This document shows positions 9,452 to 18,131 of a stretch of 64,000 nt of DNA, in pieces. Position numbers and translations under genes: made by a program. The DNA is taken from sequence record MK514281.1. One strand, written 5' to 3'. The notes under the pieces are model-generated. The model saw nothing but the letters and a program-made list of their open reading frames with translations, did not search any database and was not told where the DNA came from. How positions within the stretch are numbered: the first letter of the stretch is position 1; each line of letters starts with the position of its first letter.

Positions 9452-11019
9452 AAAAAAACCCGTGCTACGTTCAGCGGGGTGTACGCAGGGAAGGTGTTGC
9501 TAACTAGCGGTTGACGCGCCTGGCAGTTCGGGCATTTCCAACGCGGTACTGCGACTACACCGACCGTTACCCGGTTGATGAACTTGTTCAGCTCTTCAAA
9601 GAACGGTTTACGCATATCCGGGGTTGCACTGAATTGCTTCAGCAGCAATGCCACGTCATCGGCCGACTCAACATAGTTGCCATCGTTGAACTCGATCTTA
9701 GTCACCCAGTGGGCGTAACCACGCATGGAGGACAGCGCTGCCTGTTTGTTGATGTGCTGCTCACGCTGCTCACGCGTCATGCTGTCGTTGAAGCTGTCGG
9801 TGATCGCTTGTTGAATACCGTTGATCCAGGCATAACCCGCTGCATTCTTATCTTCGAGTGATGGCACCCGCAGATAGAACTTCACATCTTTCACAGTGAT
9901 GACATTGTCTTTCATCACTTCAAAGCCGGTCTGATAGGCAATGACCTGCTCGACGGTACGGCCGCTGAAGTGAGACATGTGCGCACGCTGGGTTGGTGAC
10001 AGACGATTGTTGTCAATGATCGACAGACGAGAGACGTTAACTTTCGCTGCTTCAACATGCACACACTTCTTCGGATCGGCGGCACAGGCAGTGACCATGT
10101 GGTAGCCAGACTTAAAGCGTGCGCCCAGGTAGGCGTTAGCGATCAGATCGAGATCCTGCTCTTTGATTAACGGCAGCAGGGTTTTCTTATCGGAGACACC
10201 GATGCTGCTGTCAGTGACCATACCCAGCAGGAAGTCAGTCATGTGCTTACGCACCACGACATCCAGGTTGTTAAACACCAGACCGTTGGTACGACGACCG
10301 AGGATCGCTTTCTCAGCCATGATGGCGGTTTGCATATCCACAAACTCATCATCACCGGCAATCAGCAACGTAACCCAGATACCAGAATGTGGCAGCGGCA
10401 GATGGACATAGTCGCCCATGTTCATCACACCACGAGCACGCATCACTGCCTGTGGACCGGTCAGCAGTTTAGTGCCTTCGGTACTGCGCTTCACTGGCGG
10501 GCGAGAAACACCCTGCACTTTGTTGCTGTCAAGCAGAATACCTTGCAGCCACTGCGCGCCATCCTGACGAATGGTCAGATTCAGACCAGAACGGTACGAC
10601 AGGTTGGTGATGGCATTACTGGCCAGGGATAGCCAGATCATCGCTTTATCAGCACCGTACAGACTGACGATCTCTTTTAAGATCTTCTTGTCTTCGGTGT
10701 TGGTGTCGATCTCGTTGATCAGCGCCGTCGCTGCATCGTAATCCTGATGCATGATAGACAGCACACCTTCCGTGCCGACATCCTCCATGGAGTTCAGCTT
10801 TTCAATGATCGGGTTCTGATAGAGCGGATCGAACGCCTGCTCAACGGCTTCAACTTCAGGTGCTTCAGCTTCGCCCTGTTGGCCGGTTTCTGCTGGCTCG
10901 GGATCGGTGCCAATAGTACCAGTAGTCGCCGGACGGCCTGGATCAACTTCAGGAATACCAGAGTGGTTTTCTTCAACAGGCTCTTGCTGTGACAGAATGG
11001 ATGGGTTATCACCGGACAT
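9400..11019 (-). CDS. Conserved phiKZ-like core protein with Cys motifs (CAADPKKC, CPNC); putative baseplate-hub/tail assembly chaperone
   Basis: 539 aa, acidic N-terminus; position between the SF2 helicase and the RNAP beta' fragment matches the phiKZ core order. Confidence 0.6.
   Translation of the reverse strand: MSGDNPSILSQQEPVEENHSGIPEVDPGRPATTGTIGTDPEPAETGQQGEAEAPEVEAVEQAFDPLYQNPIIEKLNSMEDVGTEGVLSIMHQDYDAATALINEIDTNTEDKKILKEIVSLYGADKAMIWLSLASNAITNLSYRSGLNLTIRQDGAQWLQGILLDSNKVQGVSRPPVKRSTEGTKLLTGPQAVMRARGVMNMGDYVHLPLPHSGIWVTLLIAGDDEFVDMQTAIMAEKAILGRRTNGLVFNNLDVVVRKHMTDFLLGMVTDSSIGVSDKKTLLPLIKEQDLDLIANAYLGARFKSGYHMVTACAADPKKCVHVEAAKVNVSRLSIIDNNRLSPTQRAHMSHFSGRTVEQVIAYQTGFEVMKDNVITVKDVKFYLRVPSLEDKNAAGYAWINGIQQAITDSFNDSMTREQREQHINKQAALSSMRGYAHWVTKIEFNDGNYVESADDVALLLKQFSATPDMRKPFFEELNKFINRVTVGVVAVPRWKCPNCQARQPLVSNTFPAYTPLNVARVFFTLMTNTLNQTFDQADI
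9451..9457 (-). other. Candidate -1 ribosomal slippery heptamer T_TTT_TTT
   Basis: 0-frame reads CGG GTT TTT TTT ACC; the -1 frame stays open for 154 codons downstream. Confidence 0.6.
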
Positions 11020-11036
11020 TATGCTTATCCTTACCT

Positions 11037-11504
11037 TTACTTTTTAGTGGGGTCGACCTGAACCGGGTCATTGAGTTTGCTTGCTGCGCCAGCGGCAACC
11101 GCGTTAGCATGGGCGCTGTCTGACATGGTCAGAATGGCAGCACCGTGACGCTGCATCGCATCCAGCAATTTACTTTGCAGGACGATGTATTGTTCGTGCA
11201 CACTGAGGAAGTCAGCGATGGTGCTGTCATGCAAGGCATAACCGGTTTTGCCTTGGTGCTGCTGCTTGATCATCGGCAGTGTTTCATCGATCTCTTTGAC
11301 TACAGCCAGCGCCGCTTCGATGTGCGAGCTTAACGCAGAGGGGTTTGGCTGAAAGCGAATGATGTTGGTGTTGACGGCCATGAGGCAAGTATTGCTCAGC
11401 TCATTGCGCAAATTAATCGTATAAGTTGCCGCAGAATCCAGGTACTCCCAGAACTGATCGGGCTGATGGACCTCTGGTGCGAGAGGCGGTTCATTGGTTG
11501 ACAT
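11037..11504 (-). CDS. Conserved hypothetical core protein
   Basis: 155 aa, aagga RBS, same operon as the 539-aa gene. Confidence 0.7.
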   Translation of the reverse strand: MSTNEPPLAPEVHQPDQFWEYLDSAATYTINLRNELSNTCLMAVNTNIIRFQPNPSALSSHIEAALAVVKEIDETLPMIKQQHQGKTGYALHDSTIADFLSVHEQYIVLQSKLLDAMQRHGAAILTMSDSAHANAVAAGAASKLNDPVQVDPTKK

Positions 11505-11596
11505 AACGGGTCCTTGAGGTGATTTATCTTGTGGCTTACATATATTGACACTACTAATGTCAACAATTACAACGTTTATACGGAAAAGGCACGGTC

Positions 11597-12508
11597 ATGA
11601 GTGATTTTACTGACTTAACGAAATTGAAGACCGAATTACCACAAAACATCCAAAAGATTGATGAGCAGGATGATGTGGGTGACTTCAGCGATCTTAACGA
11701 CTACCTCATGACCATCATTCCGGATGAACGGCGTGAGCGCTTGATCGCGATCTGTCAAAACTTAAGTACCCTGCAGTATCATCAAGTCCAGCCCGATGTG
11801 GATCGGTTACTGATGATGGCTAACGACGGTGAAGCGCCTTCGGTGCTCGATGACTTGACCCGGTTGTTATTTGAACACGCTTATGACTTAACGAAAAACA
11901 TGGGCTTTAACTGGGCTGATGAGATTGAGTTTGATAAGCTGTTCCTGCTCGGTGATGTAATCGAAGGCGCCATGTTGATTGATGGCATGGAAGACTACGG
12001 CGACCTCTCAGCGATCCTGGATGGTGATGACTCAGTTGAAGAGAAGGTGGTGGATATCTGGGGCCTGGTGCTCGACAAAGACATGCACCATCTCTTTGAA
12101 CAGATCCAGTCCATTGAACCGGCAGTGATCAGCGGGATCAAACAAGTCACGACCCGCCCGTATGCCGAAGACGATTATGCGGATGTCCAGCGTCCACTTG
12201 AGTTCGTGGTTGAGCGGTTGGTGAAAGTTCGTGAGATGATGAAGACCGATGGCATTGCTTACCAGCATGTGGCCAAGGGTGGAGCATTAGGCGTTGAGCT
12301 CGATTCACTGATTACGCTCTACACCCCTGAGCTGAATGCCGTGACCGATCCGATCGAACTGACCGACCTGCTGGTTGCCTTTACCCTGATCAGCAACACC
12401 CCAGATGGTTTGGTGAAATCCACCGCATCCCGGCTGGCAGAAAAATGGATTGATGATATCGAAGTCATCAATGTGGTAGGTAAACATATCGACAGGTATC
12501 CCGTGTGA
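11597..12508 (+). CDS. Acidic helical protein coupled to the RNAP beta' gene (phiKZ gp79-like position)
   Basis: 303 aa, GTGA overlap with the RNAP gene; assignment from synteny only. Confidence 0.65.
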   Translation: MSDFTDLTKLKTELPQNIQKIDEQDDVGDFSDLNDYLMTIIPDERRERLIAICQNLSTLQYHQVQPDVDRLLMMANDGEAPSVLDDLTRLLFEHAYDLTKNMGFNWADEIEFDKLFLLGDVIEGAMLIDGMEDYGDLSAILDGDDSVEEKVVDIWGLVLDKDMHHLFEQIQSIEPAVISGIKQVTTRPYAEDDYADVQRPLEFVVERLVKVREMMKTDGIAYQHVAKGGALGVELDSLITLYTPELNAVTDPIELTDLLVAFTLISNTPDGLVKSTASRLAEKWIDDIEVINVVGKHIDRYPV

Positions 12509-13815
12509 ATATTCGCGACTATTTAATCATGGCCTTTCGGGCAGGGGCTTACAAGCAACGCCAGTGGGTGTTGAGTGTCATGAGTATCACCCAGACCCCG
12601 GATGGTAAATCCGTAGCAGACAGTATGATCCCGTATCAGGCACACCGCATCAACATCGGCGCGACCCTCGATTGGGCTTACTGGGACGACTTCAACAAAA
12701 CCTTTGTGCCGATTGAGGGAGTGGATGTTAACTTCCCGTTGTTTCGACCCGAGGATCAATACACACTACAACCTGGGGATTTTGCCAATGTCACTGAAGA
12801 AGTTACTACTACTTTCGGCCGTATTCTGGCTAACCATTATTATTTTATCGATGTGGTCGGTGAACGTGTCCCATTTCAGAACGTAGAATTCAACCGTGGG
12901 ATGTTGGAGAAGATCTACAAGGCCCGGGTATTAGAAGATGCCCAGGACTTGCGGCGCTCTGATCCGTTCTACCTGACCGTCGATGAATTCAAACGCTCCG
13001 TGGATAATGGCTTTGCCTTGGGTGGGTTGTCGAAACTCTGTGTACCGACTGCTTGTCCGGAAACCATGTATCCGCCGAAGTTCATCATCGAGATGCGTGA
13101 CCGTCTGTTTGAAGAGCACAAGGATGAGCTCAACAACCCGGTGGTCATGGGGCGTATTCAGGATGAGCTGTTAAAGCATTATCGTGAGTTCCTGATGTCC
13201 ACCCCGTCAGCCAAGTTCTTTGTGATCAAGAAGACCATCGACCAGGCCTTCAACAACATGTTCCTGACCGGCGGTATTGCCGGGGCTTTTGGCGGTAACA
13301 CGGTTATTACCAACTCGCTGTACGAAGGCTGGAACCTGAAGAACTTCCCGGCGTTAGTGAATGGCTCTATCGAAGCTTCCTTTGACCGCGGTGCGGCTAC
13401 AGCCGACGGTGGTGAGAAAGTGAAGATGTTGATCCGTGCCACGCAGAACATCCGTATCACCGATGATGATTGCGGGACCCAGCTCGGGGTCCCGTGGGTG
13501 ATTGAAGATGCCGGCAAGGCACGCTTCATTAACTCTTACATACTGGATAAAGGTGTGACGATTCTGTTAACCCCGGAGAACATTGATAAGTTCGTCGGTA
13601 AGCCGGTCATGACCCGATCACCCAGCTTCTGTAAGAAATCCCATGGCGACTCCTGTAAGTTCTGCGTCGGGGCACATAACGCCACCAACCCACGCGGGAT
13701 GTCTTCTGGCACCTCGAAGATCGGTTCTACCCTGATGTTGCTCAGTATGAAGGCAATGCACAAGGGGTCAAAAATAGACTTAATTGAATATAATCTCGAT
13801 GAAGTCTTCAATTGA
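12505..13815 (+). CDS. Phage multisubunit RNA polymerase beta'-like fragment (bridge helix/Zn site/trigger loop); probably the virion RNAP subunit (phiKZ gp80-like)
   Basis: RGAATADGGEKVKMLIRATQNIRITDDDCGT parallels beta' [42 protein letters not shown] Zn ligands; IGSTLMLLSMKAMHKG trigger loop. Confidence 0.9.
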   Translation: MNIRDYLIMAFRAGAYKQRQWVLSVMSITQTPDGKSVADSMIPYQAHRINIGATLDWAYWDDFNKTFVPIEGVDVNFPLFRPEDQYTLQPGDFANVTEEVTTTFGRILANHYYFIDVVGERVPFQNVEFNRGMLEKIYKARVLEDAQDLRRSDPFYLTVDEFKRSVDNGFALGGLSKLCVPTACPETMYPPKFIIEMRDRLFEEHKDELNNPVVMGRIQDELLKHYREFLMSTPSAKFFVIKKTIDQAFNNMFLTGGIAGAFGGNTVITNSLYEGWNLKNFPALVNGSIEASFDRGAATADGGEKVKMLIRATQNIRITDDDCGTQLGVPWVIEDAGKARFINSYILDKGVTILLTPENIDKFVGKPVMTRSPSFCKKSHGDSCKFCVGAHNATNPRGMSSGTSKIGSTLMLLSMKAMHKGSKIDLIEYNLDEVFN

Positions 13816-13826
13816 GGATATCTGAA

Positions 13827-13836
13827 ACCTACATTA
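13827..13836 (+). promoter_or_regulatory. Candidate early promoter ACCTACATTA
   Basis: Exact 10-mer repeated at 54048 and 63924; lies at the head of the accessory island. Confidence 0.55.
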
Positions 13837-13869
13837 TAAGAGGGAGATATCTTTTATAAGGAACGTATC

Positions 13870-14586
13870 ATGTATGGTTTATTAATCCTCGCCTTGCCTC
13901 TGTCACCGTACGTCCACATGAGTGCGATGACTGAGGAACAATTCCAGAAACGCCTCCCGCAATTCATCAAAGACCTGGAAGCCGACATCTTCCCCAACGT
14001 CTGTTTCCAGGGTGCCTTTAACGTCAGCAACACCCGCACGGTCACTCAGCTGTTCATTCCGTGTAACGGCTTGGTGTCAGCACGGGAACTGGCGTATGAA
14101 CAGATCCGTAATATTCTTGCTAACCCAGAGAAAGAAGTCCAGCACGTCACCAACATCGGTGATTGGTTAGGTCGTCCGGGTAAGGTGATGTTTGATAATG
14201 CGGATGGGTCTGTGGATGAGGTCGTTGTGACCGACATGTACAAATATCTGGTACACGAGAGAAGAGAGCGTTCTGTCTTTCGGTTCAGTCCGGTTGATCT
14301 CAGTATCACCGATACCGAACCATTACCAACTCACCTCTACCCGCGTGATCATTTCTACGACCAGGTCTACATCGACAAAGACGGTGAGCGTGCTTTCCTG
14401 TCTTACGGGTCGTGCGGTGAGGAAGGCTGTGCCATAGAGCCGGGCGAAGAGAAGCCCGTGCAAGTGTACGGCGTTACCTACTCGTCACTGGATGAAGCGG
14501 CCCGATGCTATAACCTGCCTGAGCAGTACGTGAAAGAACGCGTTGAATCTGACAGCCTTGAATGGCTGGAGTGGTCATATTTGTAA
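13870..14586 (+). CDS. Hypothetical protein with C-terminal NUMOD1/IENR1-like DNA-binding module; paralogue of 18132-18914
   Basis: VYGVTYSSLDEAARCYNLPEQYVKERVES...W; shared TNIGDWL motif. Confidence 0.6.
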   Translation: MYGLLILALPLSPYVHMSAMTEEQFQKRLPQFIKDLEADIFPNVCFQGAFNVSNTRTVTQLFIPCNGLVSARELAYEQIRNILANPEKEVQHVTNIGDWLGRPGKVMFDNADGSVDEVVVTDMYKYLVHERRERSVFRFSPVDLSITDTEPLPTHLYPRDHFYDQVYIDKDGERAFLSYGSCGEEGCAIEPGEEKPVQVYGVTYSSLDEAARCYNLPEQYVKERVESDSLEWLEWSYL

Positions 14587-14714
14587 AAGTATTTGGGAAT
14601 GAGACGCAGAGCTGATTCCCATCTACGGTAAGTTGTTCAAGGAAGCAGCAAACCGGTTATAAAAAATGAAAGGGTTTTCGTAAGATAGTCAGTGCTCCGT
14701 ACCCGAGACAATAC

Positions 14715-14912
14715 ATGACCACAAACCCGCAGTTTATTTTCGTGGCTCAGAATTCTGATGCTACACACAGCGTAGAGAAACTGGAAGTAGGACGCGATAC
14801 CGATACCCAGAAGAACCTCACGGAACTTCGTAAAGGTTTGCCGTTCGACTTCTCGTTTATCATGTCTGAAGAGGCGATCTATCAACTTCGACAGGCAGGG
14901 CACATCAACTAA
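14715..14912 (+). CDS. Small hypothetical protein
   Basis: 65 aa, fills the gap in the operon. Confidence 0.5.
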   Translation: MTTNPQFIFVAQNSDATHSVEKLEVGRDTDTQKNLTELRKGLPFDFSFIMSEEAIYQLRQAGHIN

Positions 14913-14927
14913 ACTGCTGAGGTAGTC

Positions 14928-15380
14928 ATGACGAACAAATCGGAGATCTCACACGGTGGTGGTGATCAGCCTATGGAAAAAGAGCAAAGCAACTTATCCG
15001 TACTGGTGAACTACTCCACAGGTGTGATGGAAGGTGACCGTTTTAATTACTCGGTTGCATTGGCGCTGTTGAAAGACGGCATCAAAGTGAAACGCGAAGA
15101 CTGGAAGAACGCTTTCCTGGTATTCGTCCCGGGTAGTCAGAATGTTGAACTGCCAAAAGGGTCGCCGTATGAAGTCGCACTCCACGGTAAGAAGTCCGTT
15201 GCCAATATTCGTCCGCACATCGATCTGTACACGGAGTACGGTGAATTCGAAGTCGGTTGGACCGCCAACCAGGAAGACACCAACGCCGATGACTGGATGA
15301 TTGTCTTAGACAAGAACACCAATCAAGACGACAGTGCCGACGAAGAGAAAGAGTCTTCACAAGACGACTCGAAGTCATAA
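14928..15380 (+). CDS. DUF2829 / Tad2-like anti-Thoeris/anti-CBASS nucleotide-signal sponge
   Basis: FNYSVALALLKDGIKVKREDWKNAFLVF ... IDLYT...GWTANQEDTNADDWMIV follows the DUF2829 pattern (F.eAl..lk.G.kv.R.gW ... W.psq.D.la.DW.iv). Confidence 0.75.
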   Translation: MTNKSEISHGGGDQPMEKEQSNLSVLVNYSTGVMEGDRFNYSVALALLKDGIKVKREDWKNAFLVFVPGSQNVELPKGSPYEVALHGKKSVANIRPHIDLYTEYGEFEVGWTANQEDTNADDWMIVLDKNTNQDDSADEEKESSQDDSKS

Positions 15381-15385
15381 ACTCC

Positions 15386-15414
15386 AGGAGAGCTTCGGCT
15401 CTCCTTTTATGCCC
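15386..15414 (+). terminator. Hairpin + TTATGCC
   Basis: aggagagc-ttcg-gctctcct-tttatgccc. Confidence 0.7.
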
Positions 15415-15429
15415 ATTAAGGAACATGTC

Positions 15430-15789
15430 ATGAGTGAAAAGAAAGCGTTCGAAGTGGTATTGGATAGCCGTCATGAACCGTACGAGGCTTACCAGTTATT
15501 AGTGGCGCGTATCAATACGTTATTACGCACCGGTCAAGGCTACCATGAAGTGAAACTCACGAAGTGGCAGCTTTACGATAACGGTCTTCTTATCAAAGGA
15601 GATGATGATGTGCATATCTCCTTGTTGCGTCATTTCTATTACGACGAACAACGCAATACGTTTGGTGGTGGCTTCATGGCCTTTGAGATCCTGGAAGATT
15701 TGGGTCGGTACTACAAAGTGCCCGATATCACAGAAGGGATGGGCGAGAACGTTGGCCTCGTCTTCACGGTCACGGTAACCACACCATAA
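15430..15789 (+). CDS. Hypothetical protein, tandem paralogue 1 of 4 (V.xT.W family)
   Basis: ATG 15430 behind aagga; VKLTKWQLYDNG...HISLLRHFYYDE. Confidence 0.65.
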   Translation: MSEKKAFEVVLDSRHEPYEAYQLLVARINTLLRTGQGYHEVKLTKWQLYDNGLLIKGDDDVHISLLRHFYYDEQRNTFGGGFMAFEILEDLGRYYKVPDITEGMGENVGLVFTVTVTTP

Positions 15790-15795
15790 GAGGTT

Positions 15796-16164
15796 GTGAT
15801 GAAACCACTCTTCGCCATGAAGTTTGATACCCGGGATGCGGGATTAGGGGATCAACTCGATCTCTTGCAATCACGGGTGAAGGCTTACTCTAAACACGGC
15901 ACCATGATCAAAGATGTGGCGGTGACTGCCTGGGTGGTCTGTTCGGATAACATGCCAGTTGCCGGTGATGACCCTGCTCATGTCAGCATTATCCACCGTT
16001 ACCGTTACGACATCGAACAGCAGTGTGTGGTCGGTGGGGTCAGTGCCATGGATGCTCTGCGTGAGATCTGGTCGGCGTATGGTCCTGACTCTACCCTCCC
16101 ACCGTTCAGCCGGATACCCGGTGCTGTCGATATGCAATTTACCTTAACTGTGTTCACTATTTAA
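15796..16164 (+). CDS. Hypothetical protein, tandem paralogue 2 of 4
   Basis: VAVTAWVVCSD...HVSIIHRYRYDIEQQCVVGG; gaggt RBS. Confidence 0.65.
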   Translation: MMKPLFAMKFDTRDAGLGDQLDLLQSRVKAYSKHGTMIKDVAVTAWVVCSDNMPVAGDDPAHVSIIHRYRYDIEQQCVVGGVSAMDALREIWSAYGPDSTLPPFSRIPGAVDMQFTLTVFTI

Positions 16165-16177
16165 AGGAGATACCCTC

Positions 16178-16567
16178 ATGGGAGTTTCTGCTGCTGCTCG
16201 TCGTTCTAAAGAAGGGGTGTTTACCCGTAGCATTGAAGTGCGTCCAGACCACTGGAAACGGGATATCACTGATTTAGGACTGGATGTCCATAACCTGGTG
16301 TTGTGTAAACAGGAGATCGTGTCAGTGACCGTCACGGCTTGGAGGGCGTATGACGAGTGCGGTGTACTGCGTGGTAGTGCCAAAGAGTTGAAGTTAGACA
16401 TTACGGAATGGTTCCTCGGTGACAAAGGCCCGGTCATTAATGATGCGATCAAACCTCTCACGTTTGCCTTCATCATTAATCAACAACGCAGCCAACGCAC
16501 GCCCTGGGTAAAAGATGTCCGCTTAGGGCTTAACCTGTCCATTGTCTACAAGAGGATTCAGCAATAA
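16178..16567 (+). CDS. Hypothetical protein, tandem paralogue 3 of 4
   Basis: VTVTAWRAYDECG...KLDITEWF; aaggag RBS. Confidence 0.65.
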   Translation: MGVSAAARRSKEGVFTRSIEVRPDHWKRDITDLGLDVHNLVLCKQEIVSVTVTAWRAYDECGVLRGSAKELKLDITEWFLGDKGPVINDAIKPLTFAFIINQQRSQRTPWVKDVRLGLNLSIVYKRIQQ

Positions 16568-16911
16568 TGGAAATTGTCCACCAACTCGATCTTAGCCACG
16601 GCTGGGAACCCTTCAACCGCCTGAAAGCCGCCTTTGCCAAGAAACCCCCGGAGGCGATCCACATCACTGCCTGGGTTGCTCATGGTTATAAAGGAAACCT
16701 CATCGGTGATGAGCAAGTGGTGAAAGGGTCGTGCCAGGAGTGTCGGATTGATGTGACCCACATCTTCTTCCCCAGTCGGCCTGAGATCTTGATTGGTTTG
16801 TCGAGCTTCATTAACACCATTAATCGTGACGGGCCGGTGAAGATCCCGGCCTGGACCGGATCGATTACTCTTTGTCTTGAATTAGCGATAAGTTATACGG
16901 ATAGAATTTAA
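16567..16911 (+). CDS. Hypothetical protein, tandem paralogue 4 of 4
   Basis: IHITAWVAHG...RIDVTHIF; TAATG coupling. Confidence 0.6.
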   Translation: MEIVHQLDLSHGWEPFNRLKAAFAKKPPEAIHITAWVAHGYKGNLIGDEQVVKGSCQECRIDVTHIFFPSRPEILIGLSSFINTINRDGPVKIPAWTGSITLCLELAISYTDRI

Positions 16912-17018
16912 TCGGCATATATTCTGTCTCGTTAGCGTAAGCTCGCTAAAAACCCTTTTAAAGTTTTGTATAACAAACTATCAACTTTGTAGAAAGAAAC
17001 AAATAGGAAATTAATCTC

Positions 17019-17729
17019 ATGTTGCATGAAAACTTTGAAGCCTTAGTGGCGAACATCGCCAACCAAATCAATCAGCTGGAACCCGAGGATCTGCCGTCAC
17101 TGATCCTGACCAAGAGCGGGGTCTACATCAACGACAAGCGCCACGATCGCACTCGTCTACTGCTGAACCTGTTTACCCCCCAGCCCGGGCACACGCACGA
17201 CGTGACCTTCGATCAAGAGCTGCAGGATGCCTTCGCTCACAACAACCTGGAGTTTATCAAAGTCGGTGAAGGGATCGCCTACGGACTACTGCGTACCAGT
17301 ATCGTTAACAACGAACCCGCGGTGTTCTGGATTCACGCCGATGTCTCCGATGATGCATCATTACTGAAGCAAGCCTGGGATATCATCACCGACCTGAAGA
17401 AGAATGCGGGTTACCCCCAGGCGTTTAACATTGACGTGCTCGACGTAAGCTGGCATGCGTTAAGCTGGGCACAACTGCTGGGGACTTTGCTTGACCGCAC
17501 TGACCCGACACGCCGGTTTCGTTTGGCAACTAACGCTGACTACGATTTTGTGTTATCCCAGAAAGCCATCACGTACTACCAGGAGACGTTGAGTAAACGT
17601 CCGATGGCACCGGTTGCTTACCTCGATGACACTAACTTGTTTAACGGTGGCGACTTTAACGACAGTGATCGCAACTGGGCAATCGCCCCGAACGACAGCA
17701 CCCGCCCTATCGTGAAGGTGTATGTTTAA
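17019..17729 (+). CDS. Hypothetical protein
   Basis: 236 aa, tagga RBS, AT-rich upstream region. Confidence 0.7.
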   Translation: MLHENFEALVANIANQINQLEPEDLPSLILTKSGVYINDKRHDRTRLLLNLFTPQPGHTHDVTFDQELQDAFAHNNLEFIKVGEGIAYGLLRTSIVNNEPAVFWIHADVSDDASLLKQAWDIITDLKKNAGYPQAFNIDVLDVSWHALSWAQLLGTLLDRTDPTRRFRLATNADYDFVLSQKAITYYQETLSKRPMAPVAYLDDTNLFNGGDFNDSDRNWAIAPNDSTRPIVKVYV

Positions 17730-17787
17730 ATAAACACAAGCTCCAGATGGTATACTTGGAAACATTTATTGATCTGGAGCCCCAGCC

Positions 17788-18087
17788 ATGCAAAACAATG
17801 ACGATGTGGTGCCGATGCACTATAACCACAACGTGGACATGAATAACCCGCTCGACGTGGATGAAGAGGCGTTAAAGGTTCGCTTCGCTGCGCGCCTGTG
17901 CAGCTTCCTTGATCTTGCCGAGCAACTGAATAAGGATGACTTAACCCAAAACGATATCAGTCAGTTCACCGTCGGTATCGTAAACTTAGTGTGTGACTCA
18001 ATGGGCAGTAGTCCCAAACGAGACCTTTACAGGAGACAGATGGTTGACAAACTTGAACCTGTTCTGTCGAGGCATCTGATTAAATAG
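17788..18087 (+). CDS. Hypothetical protein
   Basis: 99 aa. Confidence 0.55.
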   Translation: MQNNDDVVPMHYNHNVDMNNPLDVDEEALKVRFAARLCSFLDLAEQLNKDDLTQNDISQFTVGIVNLVCDSMGSSPKRDLYRRQMVDKLEPVLSRHLIK

Positions 18088-18131
18088 TCGGAGGCGTGAC
18101 GGAACGCGACTACATTGCAGTATAAAAGGAT

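Noticed and set aside
11017-11024. GCATAA-type sequence overlapping start codons (also at 59984)
   Set aside because: No adjacent hairpin; explained by CATAATG start context, so not counted in the terminator motif set.
12505-13815. Checked the RNAP fragment, DNA polymerase and DnaB for inteins or group I introns
   Set aside because: Frames are continuous, sizes ordinary, and no intein splice motifs or LAGLIDADG segments were seen.
14587-14714. Intergenic stem (tgggaat...attccca) considered as tRNA or ncRNA
   Set aside because: No T-arm GTTC/D-arm or cloverleaf; a single short stem only.
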